A DNA stretch of 64,000 bases from Minutocellus sp. GHC0000111 (Eukaryota). Of this stretch, positions 1 to 12,392 are shown one piece after another. Position 1 is the stretch's first letter. Each line of letters starts with the position of its first letter. The stretch covers positions 3,472,001 through 3,536,000 of the forward strand of contig OZ361257.1 of assembly GCA_977018835.1 (NCBI GenBank), written 5' to 3'. Made by a program: the position numbers and the translations under genes. The notes under the pieces were generated by a model. The model saw only the letters and a list, made by a program, of their open reading frames with translations. It was not told where the DNA came from and did no database searches.

Positions 1-1392
1 CTGTGATCGTAGCTCCAACATATCGAGCGACATCATCCATAGTAACAAATCCCTTACCACTCTCATCCAGAGATGAAAACGCCTTCTCCAACAAGGACTT
101 GCCCTTATGACTGGGATCATTCCGCTCATCGTCATCGGACCAGTTGATGAGATTATGGAAAACTTTTGCCTCGACTTTGCTCTGAAAGCGTCGCAATTTT
201 GACAGTTTTTCGTCGAGACCCTCGATTACATCGCGCCTTGCTGTTTCTCCCTTAACCCAGGGATGCTCAAGCATCTCGTGTGCTGATAATCTTTTCTTTG
301 GATCGTCTGCCATGAGTTTTGAAAGCAAGTCAATGGCAGACGGAGACAGATGGGCCGTATAAGGCGACCCATATAGAGGAGGAGTACGTTGTGCCTTGAT
401 GTGCACCTCGATTTCCTCATCCGTTAAATTGGAATCCAGATCAAAAGGATGGAGACCAACCAGCATTATATAGAGGATAACGCCAAGACTCCAACAGTCC
501 ATAGAGGGTGAAATAGGGGCGCCGTCATCAGAATCAAATGATTCAGGTGGGCAATATGCAGAAGTGGTTCCACCGGCTCTCCCGGGACGGATCATTCGGG
601 CTGGTTGAAGGAGAGCAAGCTGAATTGCTTCTTCGTCAGATCCGTCACCGCCATCGAGGGGAGGGCCATCTCCCCAATACTCCGGGACGAGTTCTGGTTG
701 TGCGAAGTTGCATCGAATCAAATTGAACCCGAATGAAAATGAATGAGCACGGATGAATTACATCAAGAAAGCAACGAAACATGGGAACAAAACTCACCAG
801 CACATCCAAAGTCAACCAACTTTATTGTCGCTTCGTCTTTGTTTTTGGACGTCAGCATTAAATTCTCAGGCTTGAGGTCAGCGTGTACCAATCCAATTCC
901 ATGCAAAAAGGAGAGAGCAGAAGCAACCTCTCGGATCAATCTGGCCGCTTCATATTCCGAATATGCTCCATTGTCAATCAAGAACTCAAACATTTCTCCG
1001 CCTTCAATCAAATCCAAGATCAAAATGAAGTCATTGGCTTCCTCAAAGTTTTCGCGGAGTTGGCATATGTTGGGATGTCCACCGCAGGCACGAATGTGCA
1101 GCAGGGCATTCATCTCGCGCTGGAACTCCAATTCGTCAGTGTATTCCTTGGATATGCGCTTGACAGCGACTCCTCGACCTGTTCGTTTATCTCTGGCGTA
1201 GTACACTTCTCCGTAGGCCCCGACGCCCAGCGGTTCTACATCGATGTCGTAGAGTGACTCGACGTTCTTCCCGGTTGCAGCAGAATTCATGCGACGAAGT
1301 GTCAACCGACGAGTCAGATCTCGGGTCGCCGTTGGTGATGCCTTTCTGGTACTACTATAAGTAGTACTGCTGCTTGCTTCGCACTGACACAT
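1..1392 (-). CDS. CDPK/CAMK-like Ser/Thr protein kinase, 3' end outside window; intron 694-797
   Basis: GVGAYGEV, VAVKRI, HADLKPEN, DFG in exon 1. Removing GT-AG intron 797..694 keeps frame into YCPPE and DCWSLGVILYIML, followed by an EF-hand-like LDESGKGFVTMDDV. Start codon uncertain. Confidence 0.9.
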
Positions 1393-1559
1393 CCTTTGGC
1401 TACTATCCAGCTTGAATGCGAGGTTTGGGATCTCCAATCCCTGAATCTGCTGGGGGTAATCGACCTTTGTCCTCCCTATGCCAGAACCCCACCTCCGTCA
1501 TGGAACATCAGCATCGTCACAAGAATCGAATCAAAAACAAAAGTACCAATTATCAAACC

Positions 1560-3578
1560 ATGACTACAAGCCCAGCCCTTATCTTTGGCATCAGCGGCGA
1601 CCAAGGCCGTGAAGTAGCGAGAGGTCTCCTCGCTGCTGGTTGCTACGGTCCGATCTTTGGCGTCACATCGTCTCTCGATCACGTCGCTGATCCCCAATCC
1701 ATCCCAAATGGCGTCCAACTTATGCAGGTAGATCTCGGCAACAAGGCCGAGGTGAAGAAGGTCCTGCTCGAGACCAAGGCCACGTCAATCTTTCTTGTCA
1801 CGACGACCGACCTACCACCAGAATCCAGTGCGATGGGGTCGCTAAAGGAGGCAGAAGAGTTTGAGTACGACGCGATTGTATCCTTCTTTGATACTCTCGT
1901 AGAAGTTCACAAGCATGACGACGGTGGCTTGACCCGCCACGTCGTTTTCAGCTGTCTCGACGACGTAGAGGCTATCGTAGCCGAAGCCGACGATAGCCTT
2001 CTCGAAATTAAGCCTCTGGACGATGGGAGTATTGTGCCCCACTACTCCGGCAAAGGCCGGGCCGGTTCCTATGCCATCCGTCTTCTCGAGTCGATGCCCG
2101 ATCTGAGCGTCACGCTGCTGACTCTTCCATTTTTGCATTCCAACTTTTTAGCCAGTGCCATCCCTCTACCCAATGAAGGCCAGACGCAGTGGACCATCAG
2201 CGCCTGTTTGGGAGATGCCAAGATCGACATGTGCAGTGTGTCTGATCTGGCTTACATTGTGCCGAAACTTCTTGAGGCACGGGAAATTTACGATGGGTAC
2301 AATGTGAAGGTATCAGCCGAAAAGATCTCAATGGAGGAAGTTGCCGAGACGTTTGCCGACCTCTTTGGTAAAGATTGTATTTACAACCCTCTGACTGTCG
2401 AGGAGATGGCATCTATGGATATCGCTGGGGCTGATGCATTCGGTCAAATGTGTCAATTTCTGGCCTCGCCCTTTTCCAGCCACGATGTTGGTGTTACGGA
2501 GACTATCATGTTTCCTCGCAAGCCACATTTATTCAAGGACTGGCTGCTAACTCATTCTGATCACCCAGCATTCGAGAAGGTTGGCCTGGCATTGGATGCT
2601 CCTGACATTCTGGAGGTCACTGTCTTTGGTGCTACTGGAATGCAAGGAAGCTCGGTGGTCAGAGGACTTCTCGCTGATACCCGTAAGGAATACAAAATTC
2701 GCGCGACTACTCGCAATGTGGACAGCGAAAAGGCCAAAGCGATCAAGGAATTGGACCCAGAAAGGATTACTCTCGTAAAGGTCGATTTTGATGACGTCAA
2801 GTCCTGTGAAGCCGCGCTCGATGGCGCCGACGGCGCATTTCTGGTCACCGATTACTATAGTGCCGGCTGCGACCCAAAGGTAGAAGAGCAACACGCTCGA
2901 AATGTCATCGATGCTGCCGAGGCGAGCCATACGGTCCGCCACCTGATTTTCAGTTGTCTGGAGTCAATCGAAGAAATGAATAAGGAGCTCAAACTGGGCC
3001 TGGACAACAAAGTAGGCGATGATGACCATCCGCTTTCCCAATTTGATGCAAAGGCACGAGCAGCATCGTATGCCAGAACCAAAAAGATTAGTGTGACGTA
3101 CGTTCTCATGCCCCTTTATGCAGAGAATTTCTTCAACATGATGGCAAATGAGGAGGTTGACGAAAAGAATGATGAAACTCCTCTCATGTGCATGAGCGTC
3201 GATGATCTCGGACCCTGTGTGGCCAACATCTTTGACTCGTACCAATGCTACGCGGGCCATGAGGTTGGTCTCGTTACCAACGTCGTTACACTTCGCGAAG
3301 CAGCTGAAATGATCAAGGAAGTATTCGACATGGAAATCGATGAGAGCAAGGGCGAAGAGAAGGATGCGGCCAAGGGCGAGCAGTGGGTCGAGCAGAAGCA
3401 AACTTTTGCGAAAGACCTGGGCAGCATGTTTGAGTACTACAGCAAAACGGAAGCAGTCAAAAAACGCCGATCAATCGCCAAGACGATGGAATTAGTGCCA
3501 GATGCCAAGCCCTTGAAGCAATGGCTCGAGGATAACCGAGACAACGTTGAGTTCCGTGCGATGCTGGGGTTGCGCTAA
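1560..3578 (+). CDS. Protein with two tandem NmrA-like (atypical SDR) domains
   Basis: Two Rossmann starts (IFGISGDQG; VFGATGMQG), each followed by H-x-x-FSCL and PHYSGK/SQFDAK segments typical of NmrA/HSCARG. Confidence 0.85.
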   Translation: MTTSPALIFGISGDQGREVARGLLAAGCYGPIFGVTSSLDHVADPQSIPNGVQLMQVDLGNKAEVKKVLLETKATSIFLVTTTDLPPESSAMGSLKEAEEFEYDAIVSFFDTLVEVHKHDDGGLTRHVVFSCLDDVEAIVAEADDSLLEIKPLDDGSIVPHYSGKGRAGSYAIRLLESMPDLSVTLLTLPFLHSNFLASAIPLPNEGQTQWTISACLGDAKIDMCSVSDLAYIVPKLLEAREIYDGYNVKVSAEKISMEEVAETFADLFGKDCIYNPLTVEEMASMDIAGADAFGQMCQFLASPFSSHDVGVTETIMFPRKPHLFKDWLLTHSDHPAFEKVGLALDAPDILEVTVFGATGMQGSSVVRGLLADTRKEYKIRATTRNVDSEKAKAIKELDPERITLVKVDFDDVKSCEAALDGADGAFLVTDYYSAGCDPKVEEQHARNVIDAAEASHTVRHLIFSCLESIEEMNKELKLGLDNKVGDDDHPLSQFDAKARAASYARTKKISVTYVLMPLYAENFFNMMANEEVDEKNDETPLMCMSVDDLGPCVANIFDSYQCYAGHEVGLVTNVVTLREAAEMIKEVFDMEIDESKGEEKDAAKGEQWVEQKQTFAKDLGSMFEYYSKTEAVKKRRSIAKTMELVPDAKPLKQWLEDNRDNVEFRAMLGLR

Positions 3579-4105
3579 AAATCTACAGCACACCACCTAC
3601 ATTACATAGAGATACCCTCCGATTGAGATCTATAGAGTATAGATAGATCCACGGTACATGTTGATCTTGCCCTCAAGACGACAATTTGATAAACGGTTAC
3701 GTAGACTCCTTTAAACATGTGGAGTGCCGGCGGTAGATCTAGATCTAGACTTTTTAAGACTCTACCAACCAGCACATCATCATGTGCGTGTTCCTCTCGT
3801 TCAAAACAAAAATAAAATGCCGATAGAGATCTTTACTAGAGAACACATTAACGCCCTAAAACTTTTAACTACATAGAAGACTACAATACCGGTACAACCT
3901 ACAACTTAACTTGCATGGATGAGCTTTGGCTCGAATCATCGCATGACGCATCCATCATCATTTCATTCAAATCTCGATCTCAACGCAACTCAACAAAAAA
4001 TAACCCGGAGGTACGAAATGTTTCCGGGTCTCTTGTCTCACAGCCGCCGCCATCGCCATCCATGTTTGGAGCGAGCAATCCAACTATCCAACTACACCAA
4101 CGACC

Positions 4106-5704
4106 ATGAGGATCATCACGGGCGACGAGTGTGGCCTCCTCAAGGAGACGACCCCGGAGGCCTCCCGCAATCTTAACCCAACAGAGCGCGGCGCCGTTCA
4201 GGCATCAGCCAATTGCGAGGGTGTGACGCGTCTCGATGGCCCACACCAGCAGCCGCAGCATCAAACGCGCCGCAAGGGAATTGTGGGCCTTGTCAAATTG
4301 CCGGCTTCAATTGTAGACGATGAAGGAGACGACGGTGATAATTCTTCACCGTTTGCCTTTGCGGCCCTTCGAGTGGACGGTACGGTGGAAACATGGGCGA
4401 GTCGTCGACCAGTTGTCAAGCGTGGTAAGCCCACCGAACTTGCGACATATCATATGCTCAGTGCAACTTCCAACGTATTTGCCAATCACAAGAGCGAAGA
4501 CATTAGCGATGAAGGAAAGCAGGTCGCTGGCAAGCCGGTCGGCATTTGCAGCAGCAGTGGAATAGAAAGCTCAATCACAGCCTGCGTTGATTCCATGGGC
4601 CGTTTGACAGTGCTCAACATGGCGGCGAACGATCCAGACAAGTCCATCGTGGCTCAATACAATGCCTTCGCCGGCAAGTCCAAAACCATTTCGTACACCA
4701 AGGGGAACTTTGCCAACAACGACATTGCCACGGCGCTTGCTATGGATGCAGATGCATCGCGCATAGCGGTATCTGGGAGGGAGAGAGAAACCACTCTGCT
4801 CGATGTCGAGACCGGCGACATTTTGTGGAAGGCCAAGAACCTCAAGCCTGACCTTCAAACTCTTCTTCAGTATCCCATTTGGACGAGCGCCCTTGATTTC
4901 GTTTCGAGCGACGGCGGTGGGATGGAGATTCAGGGATCGTCGGATTTGCTTGCAGCTGGTACCGCCTATAAGCAATTTCGTATCTACGATGTACGAGCAT
5001 CATCTGGGTCAGCCCAGCAGCGGCGTCCAATTCTATGTACCAAGGAGGGAGCTTTGTCTCACCGTGTAACTGCTCTCTGCCAATTGGATTCGTCGGTAAG
5101 TAGCGGATACGGCTACGTGATCGGCGACGCCGCGGGTGATATGCATGCTGTCGATTTGCGCAACCTTGGCAAGGGCACTGTTGGTCGCTACGCCGGGCCG
5201 GGCGGTTCCATTCGCAAGATCGAGAAACACCCCACTCTTCCGATCCTAGCCTGTGTCAGTCTGGACCGGATTCTACGCACATTCGATACCAAGAAAAGGA
5301 AAATGCTGGACTGTGTGTATCTGAAACAGCGCCTTGGCTCCATGTTGTTCTGTGACGATCCCATGTGGTCTATTGATGGATCCGGCGACAATGCTGTTGC
5401 AGATGATGGAATGGAAGAGGGCGATATTGATATGGAGGATGAAGTTGAGGACTACGTCGATTCTGATGGCGACGATGATGAGGACGACGACGACGATATC
5501 GTTCGAGATATGCGTAGCGATGGCGGCGATGGAAGTGACGATAGCGACGATGATGACATTGATGGTGGCGATGATGACTTGACGGCATCTTCGGAAGAAC
5601 AAGATGACGAGAGCAGCGAAGACGAGGACGTATTTGCTGCACCTTCCAGCTCAAAGAGAGGTCGCGGGGGATCAAAGCAAGGACAGAAAAGGAGACGAAG
5701 GTAG
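4106..5704 (+). CDS. WDR74: WD-repeat ribosome biogenesis factor Nsa1/WDR74
   Basis: N-terminal IITGDECGLLK, WKAKN, YDVR..QRRP, GSIR, LDRILR, VYLKQRL motifs and an acidic/basic tail. Confidence 0.88.
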   Translation: MRIITGDECGLLKETTPEASRNLNPTERGAVQASANCEGVTRLDGPHQQPQHQTRRKGIVGLVKLPASIVDDEGDDGDNSSPFAFAALRVDGTVETWASRRPVVKRGKPTELATYHMLSATSNVFANHKSEDISDEGKQVAGKPVGICSSSGIESSITACVDSMGRLTVLNMAANDPDKSIVAQYNAFAGKSKTISYTKGNFANNDIATALAMDADASRIAVSGRERETTLLDVETGDILWKAKNLKPDLQTLLQYPIWTSALDFVSSDGGGMEIQGSSDLLAAGTAYKQFRIYDVRASSGSAQQRRPILCTKEGALSHRVTALCQLDSSVSSGYGYVIGDAAGDMHAVDLRNLGKGTVGRYAGPGGSIRKIEKHPTLPILACVSLDRILRTFDTKKRKMLDCVYLKQRLGSMLFCDDPMWSIDGSGDNAVADDGMEEGDIDMEDEVEDYVDSDGDDDEDDDDDIVRDMRSDGGDGSDDSDDDDIDGGDDDLTASSEEQDDESSEDEDVFAAPSSSKRGRGGSKQGQKRRRR

Positions 5705-5891
5705 GAAGATATTGGAGATAAATAAAACATTAAATACCGAACCCGGTTTCTGTCGGTAAAAAGGGAAAGGGGATAGTTGAGTTGCATTCATGGCCTCGGC
5801 CTCTTCTCGATTTCTTTGCCTAATGGTTGTGCGACCCCTCATCAGGGTTCGCATCGCTCAACCGGTACCGATAGCGATACATCACGACCAC

Positions 5892-6060
5892 TAACCGGTA
5901 CATCACCTCCTATAAATAAACCACGACCGCAACGAAACAAATAACCGGTACATCACCTCTCACAAATAGAGTCTAAACCACGACCGCAACTTAGCACGCT
6001 CAACCTTGCCTTACAGGTACATGTACAACATCACCTCCTACAAACAAACCACGACCGCAC
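5892..6060. repeat. Three imperfect direct repeats (ACATCACCTC..AAACCACGACCGCA) upstream of ATG 6076
   Basis: Copies at about 5892-5933, 5942-5990 and 6028-6060, read directly. Confidence 0.85.
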
Positions 6061-6075
6061 CCCCTTACGACAACA

Positions 6076-6835
6076 ATGAAGTTTTTCCTTCTTACAACGA
6101 CACTCTTTTCTGCCTTCCGACTGGTCGATACATCCTACAATGTAGGCCACTTCATGCTCAAGGAGCGCGATAGCACTGGCACGAGATATTGCATCGGTGT
6201 TCGTGAGGGCGAGGTAGTTCTTGACAACCGCCTCCTCATCGAGCCATGCAACGAGCTCAAGACTGCACAAGTATGGATCATACGCGGAAGATGATCGAGG
6301 TCGTATTCGCGCATATGATGATCCCAATCTGTGCATCTACATTCGTAGTAAGACCGATTCTCAGACCAGTAGGCTAGCAGAATGCGACAAAACGCAGAAA
6401 AGCGACGAGAATAAACATAACACCGCGTGGGATTACAATGGAAGTGCAAAGCTATACGATGAAATAAGTGTCAGTTCCATTTACAACAACGATGAAGCCT
6501 GCACAGCATCCAACGACGGTACAGAAATTGGTGGCACTCAGTGCTCCGATCTCTGTTTAACTTATGTTGGAAACAGCCTCGAGCCTGACGATTGGGTCAA
6601 GACGCTTTATATTCCAAGGCTTGCGATAGAACAGATGACGAGTTATGGGCCTTTGGTACACCTATCAAATTGGGGTTTGTCTACAAAGAATTATTTGCGC
6701 GTCTTGGTAATATTGGAGCAAGTTGGTAGGGGTAACATTGTCCATTTTGCTAGCAATTGTAGGATCGATGGAAGTATCAACGACTGTTTGACTCCAGATC
6801 AGATGAGGAAATCTCAGATTTGTGGAGCGGTTTGA
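6076..6835 (+). CDS. Secreted ricin-B-lectin-like Cys-containing protein; +1 frameshift at ~6280
   Basis: Signal peptide MKFFLLTTTLFSAF, then C..C..QVW; the next frame continues GRIRAYDDPNLCI, a pattern typical of ricin-B repeats. Confidence 0.6.
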
Positions 6836-7126
6836 TTTGTTTAGACATTTTCATAAGATGCTCTTTCATAGTGTTTCTAGCTAGTAATCTGCACAGCGCT
6901 GGCCGGTTATTATTAACGACAAAACACTCTTCTATCTCTTACGTGTTTAACATTTGCACATCTTCGGTGTGTTCACTTCTGTAGCAGCTTCGATTCCTGG
7001 CCAAAGCGTCCAATCCGCCCCCAAAGAAAAGTTTTTTGATAAATGGTACATCCTCGCGATATACACGGTGGTTCGTCGTCAAAATTGCTGCACCCACACG
7101 CTAGACTCCACGTAGAACCATTGGTT

Positions 7127-8188
7127 TTACTCTGCCTCTTCCTTCTTGTCATCGTCATCGCCGGTCTTGAGAGCGCTGAGGGCCTCAGCAGCCTCGTCGG
7201 CCGCAGCACCGCCATCTTCACCGGGGTTGTCCTCGCCGGCCAGGACCTTCTCCATCTCCTTCTGCGCCTCCTCAAACTTCTCCTTGAAGGCGTTGGCAAT
7301 TTCGGAATCGGCAAAGCGGAGGGCGAAGACGGTCTCAACGAGCTCTCCCTCGGCAAAGTCATACGCCGACCAGACCCAGCTCCTGTCGGATCCGGCGTTG
7401 GGCTCGAGCTTGATGCGGGGATCGATGGCGTGGTTCATGATGACCTTCATGGTCTTCTCCTGGCGCATCAGGATGCGGATGCGGGAATGCTCCCGGTGCT
7501 TGAGGATGCGGGCCTGGCCGATGCCACGCTCGCGCCACGTCTTGTTGCCGGTGCCCTTGTCGAGGAGAGTCTCACCGAAGATGAAGCACTTGGACCGGAC
7601 GTCGTGGAGGCATTCCTCATCCTCTTCGCCGGTCTTGGTCTCTACCTCCTCAAGCTTGACCTGTGGATATTTGGAGAGGAAGAAAGAATATTAAGGTGGG
7701 TGGGTGAGGCTGCGAAAAAACATGTTTGGTTCGGCTGGTGCATGGTTGGCACATCCCTTTGGCACACATCGTCCACTCTTTCTGTGTGGCGGCCAGTCAA
7801 CAAACAAGGCACATAAAGTCATTTCCAATCAATTTCTCAAAATGCCCACTACATAATATCACAACCGACTAGGTAATCGACCAACACATTGGCATGGAAG
7901 GCAGCCCGATTGCCGTCCCGTTTTCTCGGTTGGTTGCTTCATTGGCGGACTCATTGGCGGACTCATTGGCGGACATCTGGTCCCGCACGTAGAATTAGTA
8001 CTGAGCCCTACGGCGGCCAAATTTTGTTATCGGCATCGGCACGTCTCTGTGCTTTTAAAACTTACCACAGGCTCGAACGTTGCCGTGCTCTCCTCCTCGG
8101 CGGCCTCCTCTTCCTTATTGGGCTCCTCCTCCTTCTTGGGTTCTTCCTCGGCGGGGGCCGGGGCGGCGGCTTTCTCTTCCTCACTCAT
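7127..8188 (-). CDS. RANBP1: Ran-binding protein 1; exons 8188-8066 and 7660-7127
   Basis: FEPV|VKLEEVETKTGEEDE, WRERGIG, MRQEKTMK, GSDRSWVWSAYDFAE, FALRF; canonical intron 7661-8065. Confidence 0.95.
7939..7974. repeat. Perfect 3x12-bp tandem repeat TCATTGGCGGAC in RanBP1 intron
   Basis: Read directly. Confidence 0.95.
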
Positions 8189-8797
8189 CTTGCTGGTGGT
8201 GGCTCTCGCTTGCTCGGGAAAATGAGGAGGTCCTCCGCTGCGCTGCCTATCGATGATACGGGGAAGTGATAATGTAACGACGGAAAGACGAAATAGGAGC
8301 GAAAGCGGCGAAAGCAATGCAAAATGCAAAAGCAAGAGAAAGCGTTGGAAGAAGGAAGGATTGCATGTACCGGTATTATTAGGAATTCCTACACCATTTC
8401 TAATTGTACAATAGAGCCTCATACATGTAAACTTCAATTCTTTTCTCTTTTAGCTTGGTGTTCGTTGCATGCTCCGAATTGTGCTCTTGTTTGCAAACAA
8501 AGCAGAACACCACCAACAACAACAACAAAAGCAGCACCTCCCCCCCCCTCTCCTCCACTTTCTTTTCTGCTCTTGCTGACTCCAGTTCCTCCACATTCCG
8601 AACGGCCATTTTATTAGATCTATATTGCTTGCAAATTTAGCATTTGACATCAATAGTAGATTTCTATACCCAAGCGAGTCATCACCAAATCGATCTCGAT
8701 TCCGAATGAATGCATGCTGTACTTCTTCATAAACACTGTAGACACACATCTCTATACACGTGATAATCTCCTTTCTTTCATTGCACGCAGTCGATTA

Positions 8798-9558
8798 TTA
8801 CCAAAGGCCAAGGCCCATGCCGTGTTTTTCTTTGTACTCGGACCAGGACTGTTCCCTCTCTTCTATGTCAAGCTCTTTGTGCACGTCCTCGGCAAAAAGA
8901 TTGGCATCCTTTAGGTATCTCATCCTTCAAGTGATGGATGGATTTCAAGATGCAAGGGAAGAGAAAATTACTTATAATAGAAATAAATTGATAACACATA
9001 AGCACTGGCCATGGGCGGATATGCAAATTTGGCAGCAACAATAGGTCGACGGTCAATCGACAAGCTTTGGGGAACATGTGGTGATAGGCAGCGTGCATAC
9101 GTACGCTTAGTGCCGGCAAAGGGTCATACATGACACTACAATCACAGCCAAAATTCAGCCACATCCAATCATCAACAAAGCAAGCAAACAAGCACGCACC
9201 GAAGTTGCAACTCGGCCCCCATCCGGAGGGTGTCAGCAACGTCCTTGCGATCTTGAATTTCCTTCTCGCAGACGTCTTTGGCCTGCACGCCATCTTCGTA
9301 GACGCAACCTTCAATGTCGTCCAGCTTATCGGCCAGTGTAACCATCTCATCGGCGTCGCACATGCCAAAGTGTTCGGCACACTCGACGGCTCGACCGAAA
9401 TCCTTGTTGATTACGGCGGAGAGGGATGAGGTTGATGCGTCGGATGATGATCGGACAACATTATGTTGGGCTGCCGCCTGTGTCGGGACAAATGCCGAAG
9501 CTGAGCCGACGGTGGTAGCGAGGAATAGAAGGGCAAGTTTGTAGTGTTTGGTCATCAT
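8798..9558 (-). CDS. Plastid-targeted hypothetical protein; exons 9558-9200 and 8924-8798
   Basis: Signal peptide plus ASAFVP motif; intron 8925-9199 joins ELQLR to MRYLKDANLF in frame. Confidence 0.8.
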
Positions 9559-9889
9559 ATTATCGAGGTGAGTACCAAGTCGATGGAGTTGAATGTAGGT
9601 GGTTTGTTGTGATGATTTATTGGATCGATCGGTAGTAGCGGTGGAACATCGGCTTCTGATCTTTTTAGGGAAGATCGCGAAGGTGTCAGGCCGGGTCTCG
9701 TTTCTGTGACGTGTTCAAGACTGAAAGACGTGGCAACATTTATGGGCCGCCTCCGCTCCCTCGCTCGCGCATCGCCATCTAGGCCTACTTTATTCATTTT
9801 TGTGAGAGGAACGGACCGGACGACCGGACCACATAGTACAAAGGAAGAACCAAGCCTCTTGAACCTATCCAAACACATACAATTTCGCA

Positions 9890-11098
9890 ATGTCCACCCT
9901 CGATGTCCCCATTTCTCCAGGAAAGAGGCCTCGTAGTAGCGACGACGACACAACGATGGCAGAGTCGGTGGCTCACCAAGACGTATCGAGTTGCATTATG
10001 CCCCGACTCGAAAATGACCCCAAGACCGCACCTATCAGTACCGTCAGCGCTACCACTACAACTGGTATGGGCCGAACCCTCTTGATTGGCAACCTTGTCG
10101 CTGTCGGCACTGTTGGCTCTCTTTACGCATTGACTGGTGGTGGGCACGCTCATTTCTCAGACCCGCTCGTCAATAGCCGCTCCCTCTCTTCCCCCTACGG
10201 TGACATCTCGCTCATGGACAACAATTTTGCCTCCCTCGTGGACCCTCCTAATGCCCTGACAGACACTGCAGTCTTCTTTCACGTGCCGAAAGCCGGCGGC
10301 TCGGCGATGGAATACATGTACGGGTTCTGCTATGATTTGACCCTGGCAACGGAGGTCGGTGGCAACCCCGACATTGTACAGGGCATCGACCCGTCCCACC
10401 TCTCCGTCTTCACCACAGACTGGGGCGTCGACATGGTCAACGTCGACAGTACCACCCTCGATGGATTGGACCGTGCCAAGGAGCTACATCTGGCCGAGAG
10501 CGGTCTGTCTGATATCATCTTCACGTCCTATATCCACCAGGCTGCCAAGCTGTTCTCGCCAGACTACCGCGGCAGGGTGTTCACCATCATGCGGCACCCA
10601 GTCGAACGAGCTGCCTCGGAATTCTTTTACCTCCAAGATGCTACCTGGGAGACCACCTATTCTCCCGAGACGAAGGATTGGACCGTCTAACACTACGCCG
10701 CATCCAATCATGCCGAGCATGACTGGGTAACGAGACAATTGCTGGGTATTACCTGGCAAGAATTGACCGTTGAAGACCTTGAGAAGGCCAAGTACATCCT
10801 GGAGGAGAAGGTGCTAATTGGACTCATCGATAGGATGGAAGAGAGCGTCGGTCGCTTCAACAAATACTTTGGTTGGGAGGAATCACCAGACAAGGTACCG
10901 TGTGCCGAGGACATGCTAGGTCACAAGAGCAGTACCGGGAGTAACAGCCACGCACATCGCAAGATCGAGCCTGGCAGCGATGACTGGAAGGCTCTGGCTG
11001 CCATCAATAGGTACGACATTCAGCTCTATGACTTTGCCGTCGCTCTGTTTGAAGAACAGGGCATCCTATTTGAGGACTCGGAGGATGAGGAGAGCTGA
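9890..11098 (+). CDS. Membrane-anchored sulfotransferase-family protein; in-frame TAA at 10688-10690
   Basis: 5'-PSB motif FFHVPKAGGS and 3'-PB motif MRHPVERAAS; ORF 10739-11098 is in the same frame after the TAA and carries NRYDIQLY. Confidence 0.82.
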
Positions 11099-11375
11099 TG
11101 ATATGGTGATATAGGGATCAGTCAGTTCCATGCTCTAAATGAACTCAACTTCTGTACGACGTATTGTAAAACTAATAATAATAATTGAAATATATTTGCT
11201 ACGTAGCATTTTTAACCGTGGTGTACCAGACCGGCTGCCTCTCATAGACACATGTCATATCTACAATATTAGTTCTACTTTAGCTCCTGGAGGAAGCACA
11301 GAAGAAGATCTTTGTCCACAATGAAATATTCAGGACCCAAGTTAAATCACATATTGAAAATAATGCAGGAAGCTA

Positions 11376-12064
11376 CTACAATTCTCCAGACCCACTGCCC
11401 CCCTTCTTGCCCAAGGAGATTAGAATGTTGATTGCCATTGCATTGAGAACCACCGTAGCTAGTGTCCAGGCGATGGCTCTCCATGGCTGAATCTTGATGA
11501 AACAATACAATGCAAAGTGAACAAATCGTAGGTTAACAAAAGCAAGGAGAGCCGTTCCAGCCCAATCGGGCATATCTATGGGGAGGGTAGGCCAAATCAC
11601 CGCCAGTATCAGAAAGAAGGTTTCGTTCTCGACAGCGTTGCGTTCCATGGCCTGGAATCGCTCCATGTCTTCCTTTCCCCGGAACGGACCGCCAAATCCG
11701 CCGACGGCATAGTAGAGAATCGGATACAGTATTTTGACTTGCCAATTCTCAGGAAGACTCTCCTTCTTGTGATCAGAGAATTCGGGGGTCAGTTCTCAAG
11801 CAAACTGCAGAGATGCGCGATCAAGGAAATAAGTCATATGGAAAAGAATTTAGTTAGACCATCAGGCACGATTTACTGCTAGAGTATCATTGGTACAGCG
11901 TGTGATGGTGACGGGATGGAAAGGCCTTCAATCAAGATAGCGTCAGATTGCACACGGATTCTTTTACTTACGCGGCAGCGAACCACAAGCAGGTGATTCA
12001 ACATATTCTTGAGGCAAAGTGCCGCGGCACACCAGCCCAGCGCCTCGGAATATGCTTCGGACAT
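11376..12064 (-). CDS. MAPEG family (microsomal GST/PGES-like) membrane protein; splice structure uncertain
   Basis: ERFQAMERNAVENE, RFVHF, QPWR and four hydrophobic segments. Exon 1 ends at a GTAAGT donor; the simplest acceptor leaves an in-frame TGA at 11796-11798. Confidence 0.72.
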
Positions 12065-12392
12065 GGTCGCGCTATCGAACGAGTGCCGGTGGAATTATGC
12101 CAGCATGCAACAGATCCAGTAACCTCATCATTCAGTTTGATGAAGAACGCTTTCAACTCCGGGTTTCCTGACGTACGTACGCATGCCGAAGGCTCCTCAC
12201 GAAGAGAGCCGAAAAGAGGGTGCCGCGACGATACCGGAATCAATCAAGAATTAATTAAAGAATATAAATGCAATCAATTTGTAATGTTGTTGACCTTGTG
12301 AAGGCTTTGCCTATCTAACCTAGATCAAACGTAGCAAGGGCTGTGAGGGCCCACAGTTTGTTTCACACCAAAAATAAGGACGAGTTTTTCTT

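Noticed and set aside
5892..6060. CRISPR-like repeat-spacer array
   Set aside because: Only three degenerate units with irregular spacing, eukaryotic context, no cas genes.
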